A DNA stretch of 64,000 nucleotides from Treponemataceae bacterium (GTDB lineage: Bacteria; Spirochaetota; Spirochaetia; Treponematales; Rectinemataceae): the NCBI GenBank assembly GCA_963677895.2, contig CAXXGJ010000038.1, positions 160,001-224,000 on the forward strand. The letters run 5' to 3'. Both the position numbers and the translations under genes were made by a program. Below are positions 1-9,758 of this stretch, in pieces (position 1 is the first letter of the stretch; each line of letters opens with the position of its first letter). Under the pieces are notes generated by a model that saw nothing but the letters and a program-made list of their open reading frames with translations, was not told where the DNA came from and searched no databases.

Positions 1-32
1 AGCAAGTCTACAAGGCCACGGTCAATCCTTAA
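1..32 (+). CDS. 3' end of an unidentified gene truncated by the window edge (...QVYKATVNP*)
   Basis: Open frame ending TAA at 30-32, followed by a strong terminator; too short to identify. Confidence 0.4.
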   Translation, partial: QVYKATVNP

Positions 33-60
33 TCAGTCATCAGCCGCCTCTGGCGGGACG

Positions 61-99
61 AGGGCCGCGCGGGAAGATCCGCGCGGCCCTTTCTTTTAT
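61..99 (+). terminator. Intrinsic terminator
   Basis: AGGGCCGCGCGG-gaagat-CCGCGCGGCCCT stem followed by TTCTTTTAT. Confidence 0.8.
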
Positions 100-148
100 C
101 CGGGGCGCGATTATCGCGCGGAGCTAGCAGTGCCCCGTGGAAATCGCC

Positions 149-364
149 TATAATCGCCACCAAAGCCGCGGGCAGCCATCGAGCCACCAGCGGCCACCTT
201 CGGGACATCGGCGCGCTTTTAAGAGCCAGTTCGCCGACCAAGCCCCGTCAAGGCGCGCCGCCGTAACCGTCGGCGGTGCGAAAGCAGGGCTCGCGAAACA
301 AAATACGTTTCGCACGCCGATTCCTCAAGCTAAGCTCCCGGAATCGGCGTACAGGAGTTATTTC
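149..364 (+). promoter_or_regulatory. glyQS -10 box and ~200-nt structured 5' leader
   Basis: TATAAT at 149-154; four consecutive hairpins ending just before RBS AGGAG (353-357). Confidence 0.55.
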
Positions 365-1714
365 ATGGACAACAGCATCAGCATGGAGAAGATCGTCTCC
401 CTGGCCAAGCGGCGCGGCTTCGTCTTCCAGTCGTCGGAAATCTACGGCGGACAGTCCGGAGCCTGGGACTATGGTCCCATGGGCGTCGAACTGAAGAACA
501 GGATCGCGCGGTTCTGGTGGAAGGAGATGACCCAGCTCCATGACGACATCGTCGGCCTCGACGCCGCCATCCTCATGCATCCCCGTGTCTGGGAAGCCTC
601 CGGCCACGTCGAGAACTTTACCGACCCCCTCGTGGACTGCAAGAAGTGCAAGCAACGCTTTCGCGCGGACCTGATAGACCCGGAGAAGCTGGCAAAGAAA
701 ATATGCCCCGAGTGCGGCGGCGAACTCACCGACACCCGCAAGTTCAACCTCATGTTCAAGACGAACATCGGCCCCGTGGACGACGGCTCAGGCCTCATCT
801 ACCTCCGCCCCGAGACGGCCCAGGGCATCTACATCAACTACAAGAATATCGTCCAGTCCAACCGCATGAAGATTCCCTTCGGTATCGCCCAGATCGGCAA
901 GGCCTTCCGCAATGAAATCGTCACCAAGAACTTCATCTTCCGCACCTGCGAGTTCGAGCAGATGGAGATGCAGTATTTCGTGAAACCAGGCGAGGACGAG
1001 AAGTTCTTCGACTACTGGAGAGAGCAGCGCTGGGCTTACTACGCCAAGCTCGGCGTTCGCATGGACAAGCTGCGCTGGCACCGCCACGGCCCGGACGAAC
1101 TCGCCCACTACGCCAAGGACGCCTACGACATCGAATATGAATTTCCCATGGGTTTCAAGGAGCTCGAGGGCGTCCACAACAGGACGAACTTCGACCTCAA
1201 CCGCCACCAGGAATTCTCCGGAAAGGATCTCCAGTACATCGACCAGGACGACGGGAACGCGCGCTACATTCCCTTCATCATCGAGACGAGCGCCGGGCTC
1301 ACGAGGCAGCTCCTCATGGTTCTCTGCGACGCCTACGAAGAGCAGAAGGTGGCCGACAAGGGTACGGACGACGACTGGAGAACAGTGCTCCACTTCCATC
1401 CCACGCTCGCGCCCATCACGGTCGCTGTCCTCCCTCTTATGAAGAAGGATGGCTTGGCCGAGCTCGCCAAGGATATCCGTGCCGAGCTCAAGGAAGATTT
1501 CTCGACCGACTACGATCAGGGCGGCGCCATCGGCCGCCGATACAGGCGCCAGGACGAGGTGGGAACGCCATTCTGCGTCACCATTGACTACCAGACGAAA
1601 GAAGACGGCACCGTCACCGTGCGCGACCGCGACACGATGCAGCAGGAGCGCGTCGCCGTTTCCGAGCTGTCAGGTTATATAAGAGCCAGGATCAAGGCAT
1701 ACAAGCGGGCATAA
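365..1714 (+). CDS. glyQS: Glycine--tRNA ligase, alpha2 (homodimeric) type
   Basis: SLAKRRGFVF, LRPETAQG, IGKAFRNEI, EFEQMEMQYF, C-terminal anticodon domain (QDEVGTPFCVT); ATG 365 with AGGAG RBS preferred over ORF-track start 137. Confidence 0.96.
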   Translation: MDNSISMEKIVSLAKRRGFVFQSSEIYGGQSGAWDYGPMGVELKNRIARFWWKEMTQLHDDIVGLDAAILMHPRVWEASGHVENFTDPLVDCKKCKQRFRADLIDPEKLAKKICPECGGELTDTRKFNLMFKTNIGPVDDGSGLIYLRPETAQGIYINYKNIVQSNRMKIPFGIAQIGKAFRNEIVTKNFIFRTCEFEQMEMQYFVKPGEDEKFFDYWREQRWAYYAKLGVRMDKLRWHRHGPDELAHYAKDAYDIEYEFPMGFKELEGVHNRTNFDLNRHQEFSGKDLQYIDQDDGNARYIPFIIETSAGLTRQLLMVLCDAYEEQKVADKGTDDDWRTVLHFHPTLAPITVAVLPLMKKDGLAELAKDIRAELKEDFSTDYDQGGAIGRRYRRQDEVGTPFCVTIDYQTKEDGTVTVRDRDTMQQERVAVSELSGYIRARIKAYKRA

Positions 1715-1780
1715 AAAACACAGTCGACGATTTGGTCATCATCGATGCAGGAAGAGCATTGGTGGGCTGAAACGAAAACA

Positions 1781-1815
1781 AAAGAGAGCCGCGGCTAGAA
1801 GCCGCGGCTTTTCTC
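1781..1815. terminator. Bidirectional terminator between glyQS and hup
   Basis: AAAGAGAGCCGCGGC-taga-AGCCGCGGCTTTTCTC between convergent genes. Confidence 0.8.
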
Positions 1816-1816
1816 G

Positions 1817-2116
1817 TTATTTTCCGAGAACGCCTTCTTTGCAGGCTTTGGACACAGTGAATTTTACCGCTGTCTTGGCCGGGATCTTGATCGTTTCGCC
1901 GGTAGCGGGATTCCTGCCAGTGCGGGCCTTGCGCTTGGCGAGCTTCAGGATTCCGAAGCCGGGAAGCGTAAACTTCTTGTTTTTTTTCACTTCTTTGTAA
2001 GACACTTCGGCTAGAGCCTCAAGAAAGCCCTTCACGTCTTTTTTGGTCATACCGGTCTTCTCGGAAAGCGTGGTCACTAGCTGGGCTTTTGTCATCGCTG
2101 TTCCATTCGTCGCCAT
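1817..2116 (-). CDS. hup: HU family DNA-binding protein
   Basis: MTKAQLV..., LPGFG, RKARTGRNPATGETIKIPAK signature; AAGGAG RBS. Confidence 0.93.
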   Translation of the reverse strand: MATNGTAMTKAQLVTTLSEKTGMTKKDVKGFLEALAEVSYKEVKKNKKFTLPGFGILKLAKRKARTGRNPATGETIKIPAKTAVKFTVSKACKEGVLGK

Positions 2117-2278
2117 GGTTCATCTCCTTGAAGGAATCTCTGGGTCCAAACCGGTAAATGGCGCTTTGCCAGAGGGCTTCGCGCACATTGCAACACGGTT
2201 CTATATGGCAATAATAGCACATGTGGAAAGAAAAATAAAATAATATTTGCGTAGTATTGGAAATATGCGTCGTAGATA

Positions 2279-2308
2279 TTGAGAAAATAACGTCATCATC
2301 GATATACT
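2279..2308 (+). promoter_or_regulatory. Putative sigma70 promoter of tyrS
   Basis: TTGAGA-N18-TATACT with AT-rich upstream tract. Confidence 0.5.
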
Positions 2309-2331
2309 GCCCTTCAAGGCAAGGAGATCTC

Positions 2332-3564
2332 ATGAATAAAGCGCTAGAAATACTGAAAGAACGAGGGTTCATCCAGCAATGCACGGACATGGAAGGATTG
2401 TCCAAACTCATGGACGAAGGACCTATCACTCTGTATGAAGGCTGCGATCCCACAGGACCTTCGTTGCATATCGGGCATATGGTGCCCTATTTCGCGATCA
2501 GGCATCTCCACGAAGCCGGAAACAACGCCATCGTCCTGATGGGCGGCGGAACGGCGCGGATAGGCGATCCTTCCGGCAAGACGACCATGAGACAGATCAT
2601 CAGCTATGAGGAGATCGACGCCAACGCCAGCCGCTTTCTCGCGCAGCTTGACAATTTCATGTCCTTCGACGGGAAGACCCTGTACTCGGACAACAATAAG
2701 AACTGGCTGGCCGATCTCAACTACATCGACTTCCTCCGCGATATAGGCAGGCATTTCTCCGTCAACCGGATGCTCTCCTTCGAAGCGTACAAGATGAGGC
2801 TGGAAACTGGCCTTTCGTTCATTGAATTCAACTATCAGCTCCTGCAGAGCTATGATTTCCTCCAGCTCTACAAGCGTCACGGCTGTCGTCTCCAGGTGGG
2901 CGGGGATGACCAGTGGGGCAACATCGTGGCCGGCATCGAGCTCATCCGCAGAGTGGAAGGAGCCGAGTGCTTCGGCCTCACTTTCCCTCTCGTGACGACC
3001 AGCGACGGCAAGAAGATGGGCAAGACGGAGAAGGGAGCTCTCTTCCTCGATCCGTCCATGACGAGCCCCTACGAATTTTTTCAATATTGGCGCAACGTCC
3101 AGGACGCTGACGTCGAACGATTCCTTCTGATGTTCACCTTCCTGCCCGCCGATGAATGCAGGCGACTGGCTAAGGGTGTCGACGCCGAGATCAACAAGGC
3201 GAAGGAAAAGCTCGCTTGGGAAGTCACGGCGATAATCCATGGCAAGGAAGAGGCCGACAAGGCCCTGCAGGCGGCCAAGGCGGCCTTCGGCGGCGCCGGT
3301 CTGGGCGATGTGGGGGAAATCCCTTCGGTGGCGATAGCGGCGGCTAGGCTGGACGCGGGAATCACCGTGCTGGATCTTTTCCTAGAGGCGAAGCTTGTCG
3401 GTTCCAAGAGCGAAGCCAGACGCCTCGTCCAGCAGGGCGGTGCCTCCGTGAACGGCGTGAAAGTCGCCGACGAGTCGGCGGTATTCTCGACGAAGGATAT
3501 TGCGGAGGGCGCCCTGTTCCTGCGAGCCGGAAAAAAACGCGTCTGCAGGGTGGTTTTGGAGTAG
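2332..3564 (+). CDS. tyrS: Tyrosine--tRNA ligase
   Basis: GCDPTGPSLHIGH, QVGGDDQWGNI, KMGKT, C-terminal S4 domain; ATG 2332 with AAGGAG RBS. Confidence 0.97.
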   Translation: MNKALEILKERGFIQQCTDMEGLSKLMDEGPITLYEGCDPTGPSLHIGHMVPYFAIRHLHEAGNNAIVLMGGGTARIGDPSGKTTMRQIISYEEIDANASRFLAQLDNFMSFDGKTLYSDNNKNWLADLNYIDFLRDIGRHFSVNRMLSFEAYKMRLETGLSFIEFNYQLLQSYDFLQLYKRHGCRLQVGGDDQWGNIVAGIELIRRVEGAECFGLTFPLVTTSDGKKMGKTEKGALFLDPSMTSPYEFFQYWRNVQDADVERFLLMFTFLPADECRRLAKGVDAEINKAKEKLAWEVTAIIHGKEEADKALQAAKAAFGGAGLGDVGEIPSVAIAAARLDAGITVLDLFLEAKLVGSKSEARRLVQQGGASVNGVKVADESAVFSTKDIAEGALFLRAGKKRVCRVVLE

Positions 3565-3628
3565 AAGCCAAGGCTCAGGATGCACGCCGCCTGAGCGCAT
3601 GCCGTTGAAGCGTCGGGCTCCTTTATCG

Positions 3629-4615
3629 TCAGGCTTGGTCTTCCGCCTTTTTCTGCAGTTCCTTTCTACGTTTGCGGTATTCCATGATGGGCTTGTCGCC
3701 CTGGAAAAGATTCTCCCCTATGCCGATCCCCGACGCCTTGGGCATTTGCGTCCGCACCACGGTTCTGTCCTGGTGGGCAACAAGAAGGTTGAAGGGCATG
3801 GCGGCTTTCGCTATCAAGTCGCCCAGAAGGGGAATGAGGGCGAAGGCCTGGTAAAATCGCAGATAGAGCAGGGTATGTTCGCCGTCCACGGGGACGAAAG
3901 CGCCCAGGACTCTCACTTTGTCGGCGATCCGGTTTTCCCAGAGATTGGGGTAGATGAATTCGAGCTTGAATCCATTTGGATTCGGGGTTGGAACCTGCGT
4001 CGGCGTTTTGGGCTTCTGACCAGAATCTACTTCGTTGTATACATACATGAAGAACTTGTCGGGGCTCGCCCATTCGAAGCCGGGGCCGTTGACGAGAGTC
4101 TTGTTGCCGCGGCCTATGGTGTTGTGGTGGACGAAGGGAAGATGGACGCAGTCGATCTGGTTCTCGATCACGCGAGAGTAATGCGCGTCCCAGGGATCGA
4201 TGACGGTGGCATATTGGGCGTTCGGGGGAATGTCGTCAAAAAACGCCGGAACCGAGGGGGAGGGCCCGCCTTCGCCCCACCAGATCCAGATAAAGCCATG
4301 ATCCTCATGGGTGGGATAGCTTCGTACCTTGAAATTGGGCGGAACGGCCGCTGCCTTACCGTTGGCGGGGATCACCGTGCATTTGCCCGAAGCGTCGTAG
4401 CGGAGTCCATGGAAGGGGCACATTATCGTATCATCATCGCAGGTCTCGCCAATGGAGAGCGCCACGCCGCGGTGAGCGCATTTATCAGCGAGGCAGATCG
4501 CTTCACCTTTCGCGGAACGGAAGAAGACGAGCTTTTCGCCCAGGCGCGTAACGCCGATGGGGGTCTTTCCCACTTGGCGCGAAGAGAGCACCACATACCA
4601 TTGATTTGGAATCAC
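3629..4615 (-). CDS. Rieske non-heme iron oxygenase alpha subunit (VanA/NdmA-like demethylase class)
   Basis: Rieske ligands CAHRG...CPFHG; mononuclear Fe motif ENQIDCVHLPFVH; late QD; AGAAGGAG RBS, GTG start. Confidence 0.9.
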   Translation of the reverse strand: MIPNQWYVVLSSRQVGKTPIGVTRLGEKLVFFRSAKGEAICLADKCAHRGVALSIGETCDDDTIMCPFHGLRYDASGKCTVIPANGKAAAVPPNFKVRSYPTHEDHGFIWIWWGEGGPSPSVPAFFDDIPPNAQYATVIDPWDAHYSRVIENQIDCVHLPFVHHNTIGRGNKTLVNGPGFEWASPDKFFMYVYNEVDSGQKPKTPTQVPTPNPNGFKLEFIYPNLWENRIADKVRVLGAFVPVDGEHTLLYLRFYQAFALIPLLGDLIAKAAMPFNLLVAHQDRTVVRTQMPKASGIGIGENLFQGDKPIMEYRKRRKELQKKAEDQA

Positions 4616-4655
4616 ACCGATCTCCTTCTATGTGGCTATAGTCAATGTATTTAGG

Positions 4656-5315
4656 TTATACAATTTCATACATATTCGAGAGCTTTTCCCTTATTTTCGG
4701 GCGAATTTCCTCGTCGCGGCGGCCAAAAGCGACCACAATACCCACCGTCCAGTCTTTTTCGCTCTTATCAAGAGCCGCCAGAACTCCGGCTTCGTCGAAG
4801 CCTTCTATTGGGCATGAGTCGAGACCAGCCGCGGCCGCGCCCGTCATCATGTTGGCGCAGGCGATGTAGGTCTGGGTCCGAGCCCAATGGAGGATTCGGC
4901 CTTCCTTCATAAGAAAATCATGGTAGCCTTTGTAGTCGGCCTCGAAGACGGGGTAGCCTCCCGGAAAGCGTTCGGCTCTTTGCGTCAGGAACGCCGAACC
5001 CAGGCTGTAAGCGGCTTCCTTGCGCGTAAGGATGACGATGACGCAGGGACTCGTGTAGACGGCGTCCTGGGCAAAGCAGGCATCTCCCAAGGCCTTGACC
5101 GACTTATGATTTGCAGCGACGACAAAGTGCCAGGGTTCGAGGCCGAAAGAGGAAGGGGAAAGCCTCCCGCATTCCAGCAGGAATTCAATCGCGTCGATGG
5201 CGAGCGGCAGGTCCTTCCTGAATCGCTTGCAGGCAAAGCGCTTCCTCATAGACTCGAGAAAACGCTCCGCCATTGCCGTATCCAAGGAAAATTCCATGGG
5301 AGGCATCGAGGGCAT
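4656..5315 (-). CDS. Nitroreductase family NAD(P)H-dependent flavoprotein
   Basis: RFACKRF, RLSPSSFGLEPWHF, GLDSCPIEGFD; start placed at ATG 5315 (5306 or 5297 possible) because the longer ORF overlaps deoD. Confidence 0.88.
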   Translation of the reverse strand: MPSMPPMEFSLDTAMAERFLESMRKRFACKRFRKDLPLAIDAIEFLLECGRLSPSSFGLEPWHFVVAANHKSVKALGDACFAQDAVYTSPCVIVILTRKEAAYSLGSAFLTQRAERFPGGYPVFEADYKGYHDFLMKEGRILHWARTQTYIACANMMTGAAAAGLDSCPIEGFDEAGVLAALDKSEKDWTVGIVVAFGRRDEEIRPKIREKLSNMYEIV

Positions 5316-5326
5316 CGGGGAATACC

Positions 5327-6085
5327 TTAAACCAAGTCCAACGCCACGTCGAACATGGAATTGAGGGAGGTTTGCCTTTCCTCGGGCGTCATTTCCTTCC
5401 TGGAGATGTTGGAATCCGAACAGGTAAGAAGGGTGAGCGCCTTTTTCTTGAGGTAGGCGGCGTTGCAGTAGAGGGCGAAACACTCCATGTCGGTGGCGGC
5501 GCAGCCCATCGACGCCCATTTCTTCCAGCCGTCCTCATCGTCGAGGGCGCTGTAAAGCGAAAAAACGTCCGAGGAGAATATGCCGCCTACCCAATGCTTG
5601 ATGCCGCGTTTTCGCGCCGACGCCACGGCTTTTTCAAGCAGGGAATAGCTGGCGCAGGGCGAGAAGGAGCCCTTCAGGCCATACTGGTGAGCGTAGTTCG
5701 AATCGGTGGACGCCGTCATCGCGATGACGATGTCTCCGACGTCGATATCGGCTGTCATGCCGCCGCAAGTGCCTATCCTGACGATGCTCTCGACGCCGTA
5801 GAAGGCGAAGAGCTCGAAGGAGTAGATGCCCATGGAGGGGGCGCCCATTCCGGAACTCATGACGGTCACGTCCTTGCCTTCCCATGTGCCGGTGAAACCG
5901 AGCATGTTCCGGACTCCGGTCACTTTTCTGGCGTTCTTCAGGCGGGTTTTCGCTATGTATTGGGCGCGCAGGGGGTCTCCGGGCATGAGCACTATGGGCG
6001 CGAAATCGCCTTTTTTCGCGGAATTGTGCGGCGTGCCGGAGGAAAAATGTTCCAGTTTTCTCTCATGAATTCTCGATGAATGCAT
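5327..6085 (-). CDS. deoD: Purine nucleoside phosphorylase, DeoD type
   Basis: TPH, VLMPGDPLRA, VRNMLGFTG, GMGAPSMGIY, RIGTCG, DME; ATG 6085 with AAGGAG RBS. Confidence 0.93.
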   Translation of the reverse strand: MHSSRIHERKLEHFSSGTPHNSAKKGDFAPIVLMPGDPLRAQYIAKTRLKNARKVTGVRNMLGFTGTWEGKDVTVMSSGMGAPSMGIYSFELFAFYGVESIVRIGTCGGMTADIDVGDIVIAMTASTDSNYAHQYGLKGSFSPCASYSLLEKAVASARKRGIKHWVGGIFSSDVFSLYSALDDEDGWKKWASMGCAATDMECFALYCNAAYLKKKALTLLTCSDSNISRKEMTPEERQTSLNSMFDVALDLV

Positions 6086-6101
6086 ATATTCTCCTTTTGA
6101 T

Positions 6102-7007
6102 TCAGCTGCCGCTTCGCTCATAGGGCTGCCCCGAGGCTCTGGGCGCGTATTCCTTGCCCGAGAAGACCATGAGCGTCACAAGCGTGATGATATAGGGCAT
6201 GACGCTGAAAAATTCCGGGGGAAGAAAGCGGAGGCTTTGTATGTTGACCATATAGATGGAGAGCGCCGTCGCCGTGCCGAAGAGCAGCGATGAAGCGGCG
6301 ATGCCTTTAGGAAGCCATCTGCCGAAGGATAACGCGGCAAGCGCGATGAATCCGGCTCCGTTGATCGTATTGACCGTGTACTGGATCGTCTGCGTAAGGA
6401 CGAGGCAGCCGCCGGCCAGGCCGCCGAGGGCTCCCGAGATCATGACGGCGATGTAGCGCGTCCTGCGAACGTCGATGCCGGCCGAGGCCGCCGCCTGGGG
6501 ATGTTCGCCGCAGGCCCGCAGGCGCATTCCAAAAGGCCTTTTGTATAGAACGAACCACGCGATGATGACGACGGCGAGCGCAATCCATGCCGTCGGGTAG
6601 ATCCCCCCGATTCCGGGCATCATTCCCAGTTTAAAAGGCAAAGTTCGCTCCATCTTGAAGATGATCTGGGCGAGAAAGGCGGTTCCACCCGTAACGAGAA
6701 GGTTGATGCCCGTTCCGGAAACCGTCTGGTTCGCGTTGAGCGTTATGGAGGCGAAAGCGTGGATCAAGGAGGTAAGGACGCCCGCGAGCGCGCCTAGTCC
6801 CAGGGCTATCCAGATCGAGTAGGAGGTGGAAGGCTCAAGGAAATAGTGGATCGTGGCCGCGGTGAACGCGCCGACGCCCATGAGTCCTTCCAGGGCTATG
6901 TTCACGATGCCGGCGCGCTCGCAGATCATGCCTCCCGCTGCGGTGATGAGGATCGGCGAGACGATCATGAGGATCGACGGAATCATGGCTATAAGGCTAT
7001 TCATCAT
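6102..7007 (-). CDS. Nucleoside/sugar ABC transporter permease (NupC-like)
   Basis: ERAGIVNIALEG, GMRLRACGEHPQAA, GAGFIALAA; hydrophobic. Confidence 0.92.
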   Translation of the reverse strand: MMNSLIAMIPSILMIVSPILITAAGGMICERAGIVNIALEGLMGVGAFTAATIHYFLEPSTSYSIWIALGLGALAGVLTSLIHAFASITLNANQTVSGTGINLLVTGGTAFLAQIIFKMERTLPFKLGMMPGIGGIYPTAWIALAVVIIAWFVLYKRPFGMRLRACGEHPQAAASAGIDVRRTRYIAVMISGALGGLAGGCLVLTQTIQYTVNTINGAGFIALAALSFGRWLPKGIAASSLLFGTATALSIYMVNIQSLRFLPPEFFSVMPYIITLVTLMVFSGKEYAPRASGQPYERSGS

Positions 7008-8124
7008 GGGCTTCCTTCTGCGCCTGCGCGTTTTTCTTGGCTTTCCAGTCGAGAATGAGCTTCACTCCGGCGCGCATGGATATGAGAACGACCACGAGGC
7101 CGGAAATGATGAGGGTTATCTCCTTGGGAATCTGTCTGGACTGCATTAGAGGTTGCGCGGAAGACAGCATTCCGAAGAGCAGGCCGGCGATCAGCGTGCC
7201 TCCGGCATTGTTGTTCCCGATGAGAGCGACGGCGATGCCGTTGAATCCGTAATTGTCATAGCCGCCCAGGACGCGTCCGTAGCCGAAGGAACCTAGCGCG
7301 ACGACGGCGCCCGCGAATCCGGCGAACATGCCCGCTATGAGCATTGAAGTCGTGATGCTTCGCGTTACCCTGACGCCGGCATAGCGAGCGGCGTCCCGGT
7401 TGAAGCCGGTGGCTCTCAGTTCGAAGCCTGTCTTGGTTTTCTCGATAATGAACCAGTAGATCAGGCAGGAGAGCAGGGCGACCCATAGGCCGAGGCTGAG
7501 CCTCGATCCATTCGTCAGCCGCTCGAACAGCGGGCTTGTGAGGCGAGCCGTGGCCGGAAAATTAGGCGTTTTATAGGTGTTGGATCCCGGGATCAGCATG
7601 GAGGTCCATCGCGAGAAGAAGAAGGCGATATAATTGAGCATTATCGTGGCCACGACTTCAGATACAGCGAATTTCGCCTTAAGCCACCCGACAATCCCGC
7701 CCCAGAGCGCCCCGGCCAGCCCCGCGGCGGCCACAGCCACCACCCAGTGGACTACCGGAACAGGAGGGAAGTAGAGGGCCACGAACTGAGCCACGGTCAA
7801 ACCCACGATGTATTGGCCTTCGGCGCCGATGTTGAACAGGCCAGTCCTGGCGGCGAATCCCATGGATAGGCCGCAGAGGATGAGAGGTATGCTCGCTGTC
7901 AGCCACTCGCCGATATAGCGCGCGTTCCATGTGCCGCGGGTGATGTCGAAGCCGGTAAGGGTCTGGAGGAGGGCCGAATACATTCCGGCGGGGTTCTTTC
8001 CCACGATCAATATGAGAAAGGTTCCACAGAGAAATCCGAGAAGGACAACAGAAATGGAAATCGTCTTCGGATTGGAAAAAAGCCTTTCCAGCCTGTCTTT
8101 GCGCGGATCGGTCGTCCTGTTCAT
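6997..8124 (-). CDS. Nucleoside/sugar ABC transporter permease (NupB-like)
   Basis: GLFNIGAEGQY, EVVATIMLNYIA, GFELRATGFN, GFNGIAVAL. Confidence 0.92.
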   Translation of the reverse strand: MNRTTDPRKDRLERLFSNPKTISISVVLLGFLCGTFLILIVGKNPAGMYSALLQTLTGFDITRGTWNARYIGEWLTASIPLILCGLSMGFAARTGLFNIGAEGQYIVGLTVAQFVALYFPPVPVVHWVVAVAAAGLAGALWGGIVGWLKAKFAVSEVVATIMLNYIAFFFSRWTSMLIPGSNTYKTPNFPATARLTSPLFERLTNGSRLSLGLWVALLSCLIYWFIIEKTKTGFELRATGFNRDAARYAGVRVTRSITTSMLIAGMFAGFAGAVVALGSFGYGRVLGGYDNYGFNGIAVALIGNNNAGGTLIAGLLFGMLSSAQPLMQSRQIPKEITLIISGLVVVLISMRAGVKLILDWKAKKNAQAQKEAHDE

Positions 8125-9662
8125 GCTTGTTCTCCCGACGCGTTTTGGGCTATCCCCGCCATCATGGCGCCGATTTCTCTTTCATCGGCCGATTCCCCGT
8201 CCACGATGCCGACGATCTCGCCCTTGGAGATTGCCGCTATCCTGTCGCAGAGGTTCATGATTTCTTCCAGTTCGAAAGAGATGAGGAGAACGGCGCGCCC
8301 TTTGTCCCTCTCCGCTATTATCCGCGAATGAATGTTCTCGATGGCGCCCACGTCGAGTCCGCGCGTAGGCTGGGAGATGACGAGGAGGTCGGGAGAGAGT
8401 TCTATCTCCCTGGCTATGACGGCCTTCTGCTGATTCCCTCCCGACATGGAGCGGACCTTGGTCGCCGCCCCTTCGCCGGTCCTGATGTCGAATGCCTTTA
8501 TGAGTTTTCTGGCATTCTCCTCGATCGCCTTGCGGTCGAGGATGCCGAACTTGCCGCAGTAGGATGGGGAGCCGTAGGTTTTCAGTATGAGATTTTCGTC
8601 CAGCCGGAAATCCAGGACGAGTCCTTCCTTCTGCCTGTCTTCGGGTACGTAACCTATGCCGGACTCTATTCTGCTATGTATCGAGGCGTGGGAAATATCC
8701 TTTCCGTTGAGGAGAATCCTGCCCTTTTCCAGCGGCCTCAAACCGGTGATAGCCTCCACCAGCTCGGCCTGGCCGTTGCCGTCGACACCGGCAATGCCCA
8801 CGACTTCGCCGTGGCGGACTTCGAGGGAAAGGTCCCTGATGGTCTCCAATCCACGGGAATTCTTGACGAAAAGGTGTTCGATGCGCAGGACCGTTTCACC
8901 GGGAACGGCTTTCGTTTTTTCCGTGGTGAAAAGCACTTCCCGACCCACCATCATCGCGGCCATCTGGGCTTCGGACGTCGAATCCACATCCACCGTGCCA
9001 ACCATCTTGCCCCGCCTGAGCACCGTGCATCGGGAAGCGGCCTGCTTGATCTCCTTGAGCTTATGGGTGATGAGGATGATCGTCTTGCCTTCCGATTTGA
9101 GGCGTTCGAAAATCTGCAGGAGCTCGTCGATCTCCTGAGGACGCAATACGGCCGTCGGTTCGTCGAAAATGAGGATTTCGGCCTTCCTGTAAAGAATCTT
9201 GAGGATTTCGACGCGCTGCTGCATTCCGACGGTTATGCTTTCGATGGTGGAGTCCGGATCGACGTCGAGGCCGTAGAGCTTGGATAGCTCTGCCACTCGT
9301 TTTCGCGCGGAATTGATGTCGATATTGCCGAATCGGTCTCTCGGCTCGTCGCCGAGGATTATGTTTTCGGTGACCGTGTAGTTGTGCACGAGCTTGAAAT
9401 GCTGATGGACCATCCCGATGCCGAGCGATGTCGCGTGGTTAGGATCCTTGATCCTGACTTCCTTGCCTCGTATGGAAATAGTTCCAGAATCGGGCTCGTA
9501 CAGGCCGAAGAGAATCGACATGAGCGTCGATTTGCCCGCGCCGTTCTCTCCGAGTATCGCGTGGATTTCGTTGTCCAGCACGCGAAGCGTTACGTTGTCA
9601 TTGGCGATGATACCGGGGAATATCTTCGTGATCCCCGCCATCTCGATCGCATATGAATCCAT
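8121..9662 (-). CDS. Nucleoside/sugar ABC transporter ATPase with two ABC domains (NupA-like)
   Basis: GENGAGKSTL, DEPTAVL, SGGNQQK, QPTRGLDVGA; ATG 9662 with AGGAG RBS. Confidence 0.94.
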   Translation of the reverse strand: MDSYAIEMAGITKIFPGIIANDNVTLRVLDNEIHAILGENGAGKSTLMSILFGLYEPDSGTISIRGKEVRIKDPNHATSLGIGMVHQHFKLVHNYTVTENIILGDEPRDRFGNIDINSARKRVAELSKLYGLDVDPDSTIESITVGMQQRVEILKILYRKAEILIFDEPTAVLRPQEIDELLQIFERLKSEGKTIILITHKLKEIKQAASRCTVLRRGKMVGTVDVDSTSEAQMAAMMVGREVLFTTEKTKAVPGETVLRIEHLFVKNSRGLETIRDLSLEVRHGEVVGIAGVDGNGQAELVEAITGLRPLEKGRILLNGKDISHASIHSRIESGIGYVPEDRQKEGLVLDFRLDENLILKTYGSPSYCGKFGILDRKAIEENARKLIKAFDIRTGEGAATKVRSMSGGNQQKAVIAREIELSPDLLVISQPTRGLDVGAIENIHSRIIAERDKGRAVLLISFELEEIMNLCDRIAAISKGEIVGIVDGESADEREIGAMMAGIAQNASGEQA

Positions 9663-9692
9663 CCAGGAATCTCCTGATCGGTGGCCGCGTTG

Positions 9693-9734
9693 AAAAACAG
9701 GGCCGCGCCGGCATTTTTCGCCCGACACGGCCCC
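9693..9734 (-). terminator. Intra-operon hairpin/terminator after the BMP gene
   Basis: Minus strand GGGGCCGTGTCGG...CCGGCGCGGCCCT followed by GTTTTT. Confidence 0.65.
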
Positions 9735-9758
9735 GCGTTCAAGAAAGCGAAAGCGGAA

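Noticed and set aside
137..364. 76-codon N-terminal extension of glyQS in the ORF track, and a possible T-box
   Set aside because: The -10 box lies inside the extension and a good RBS precedes ATG 365; no T-box consensus or terminator is present.
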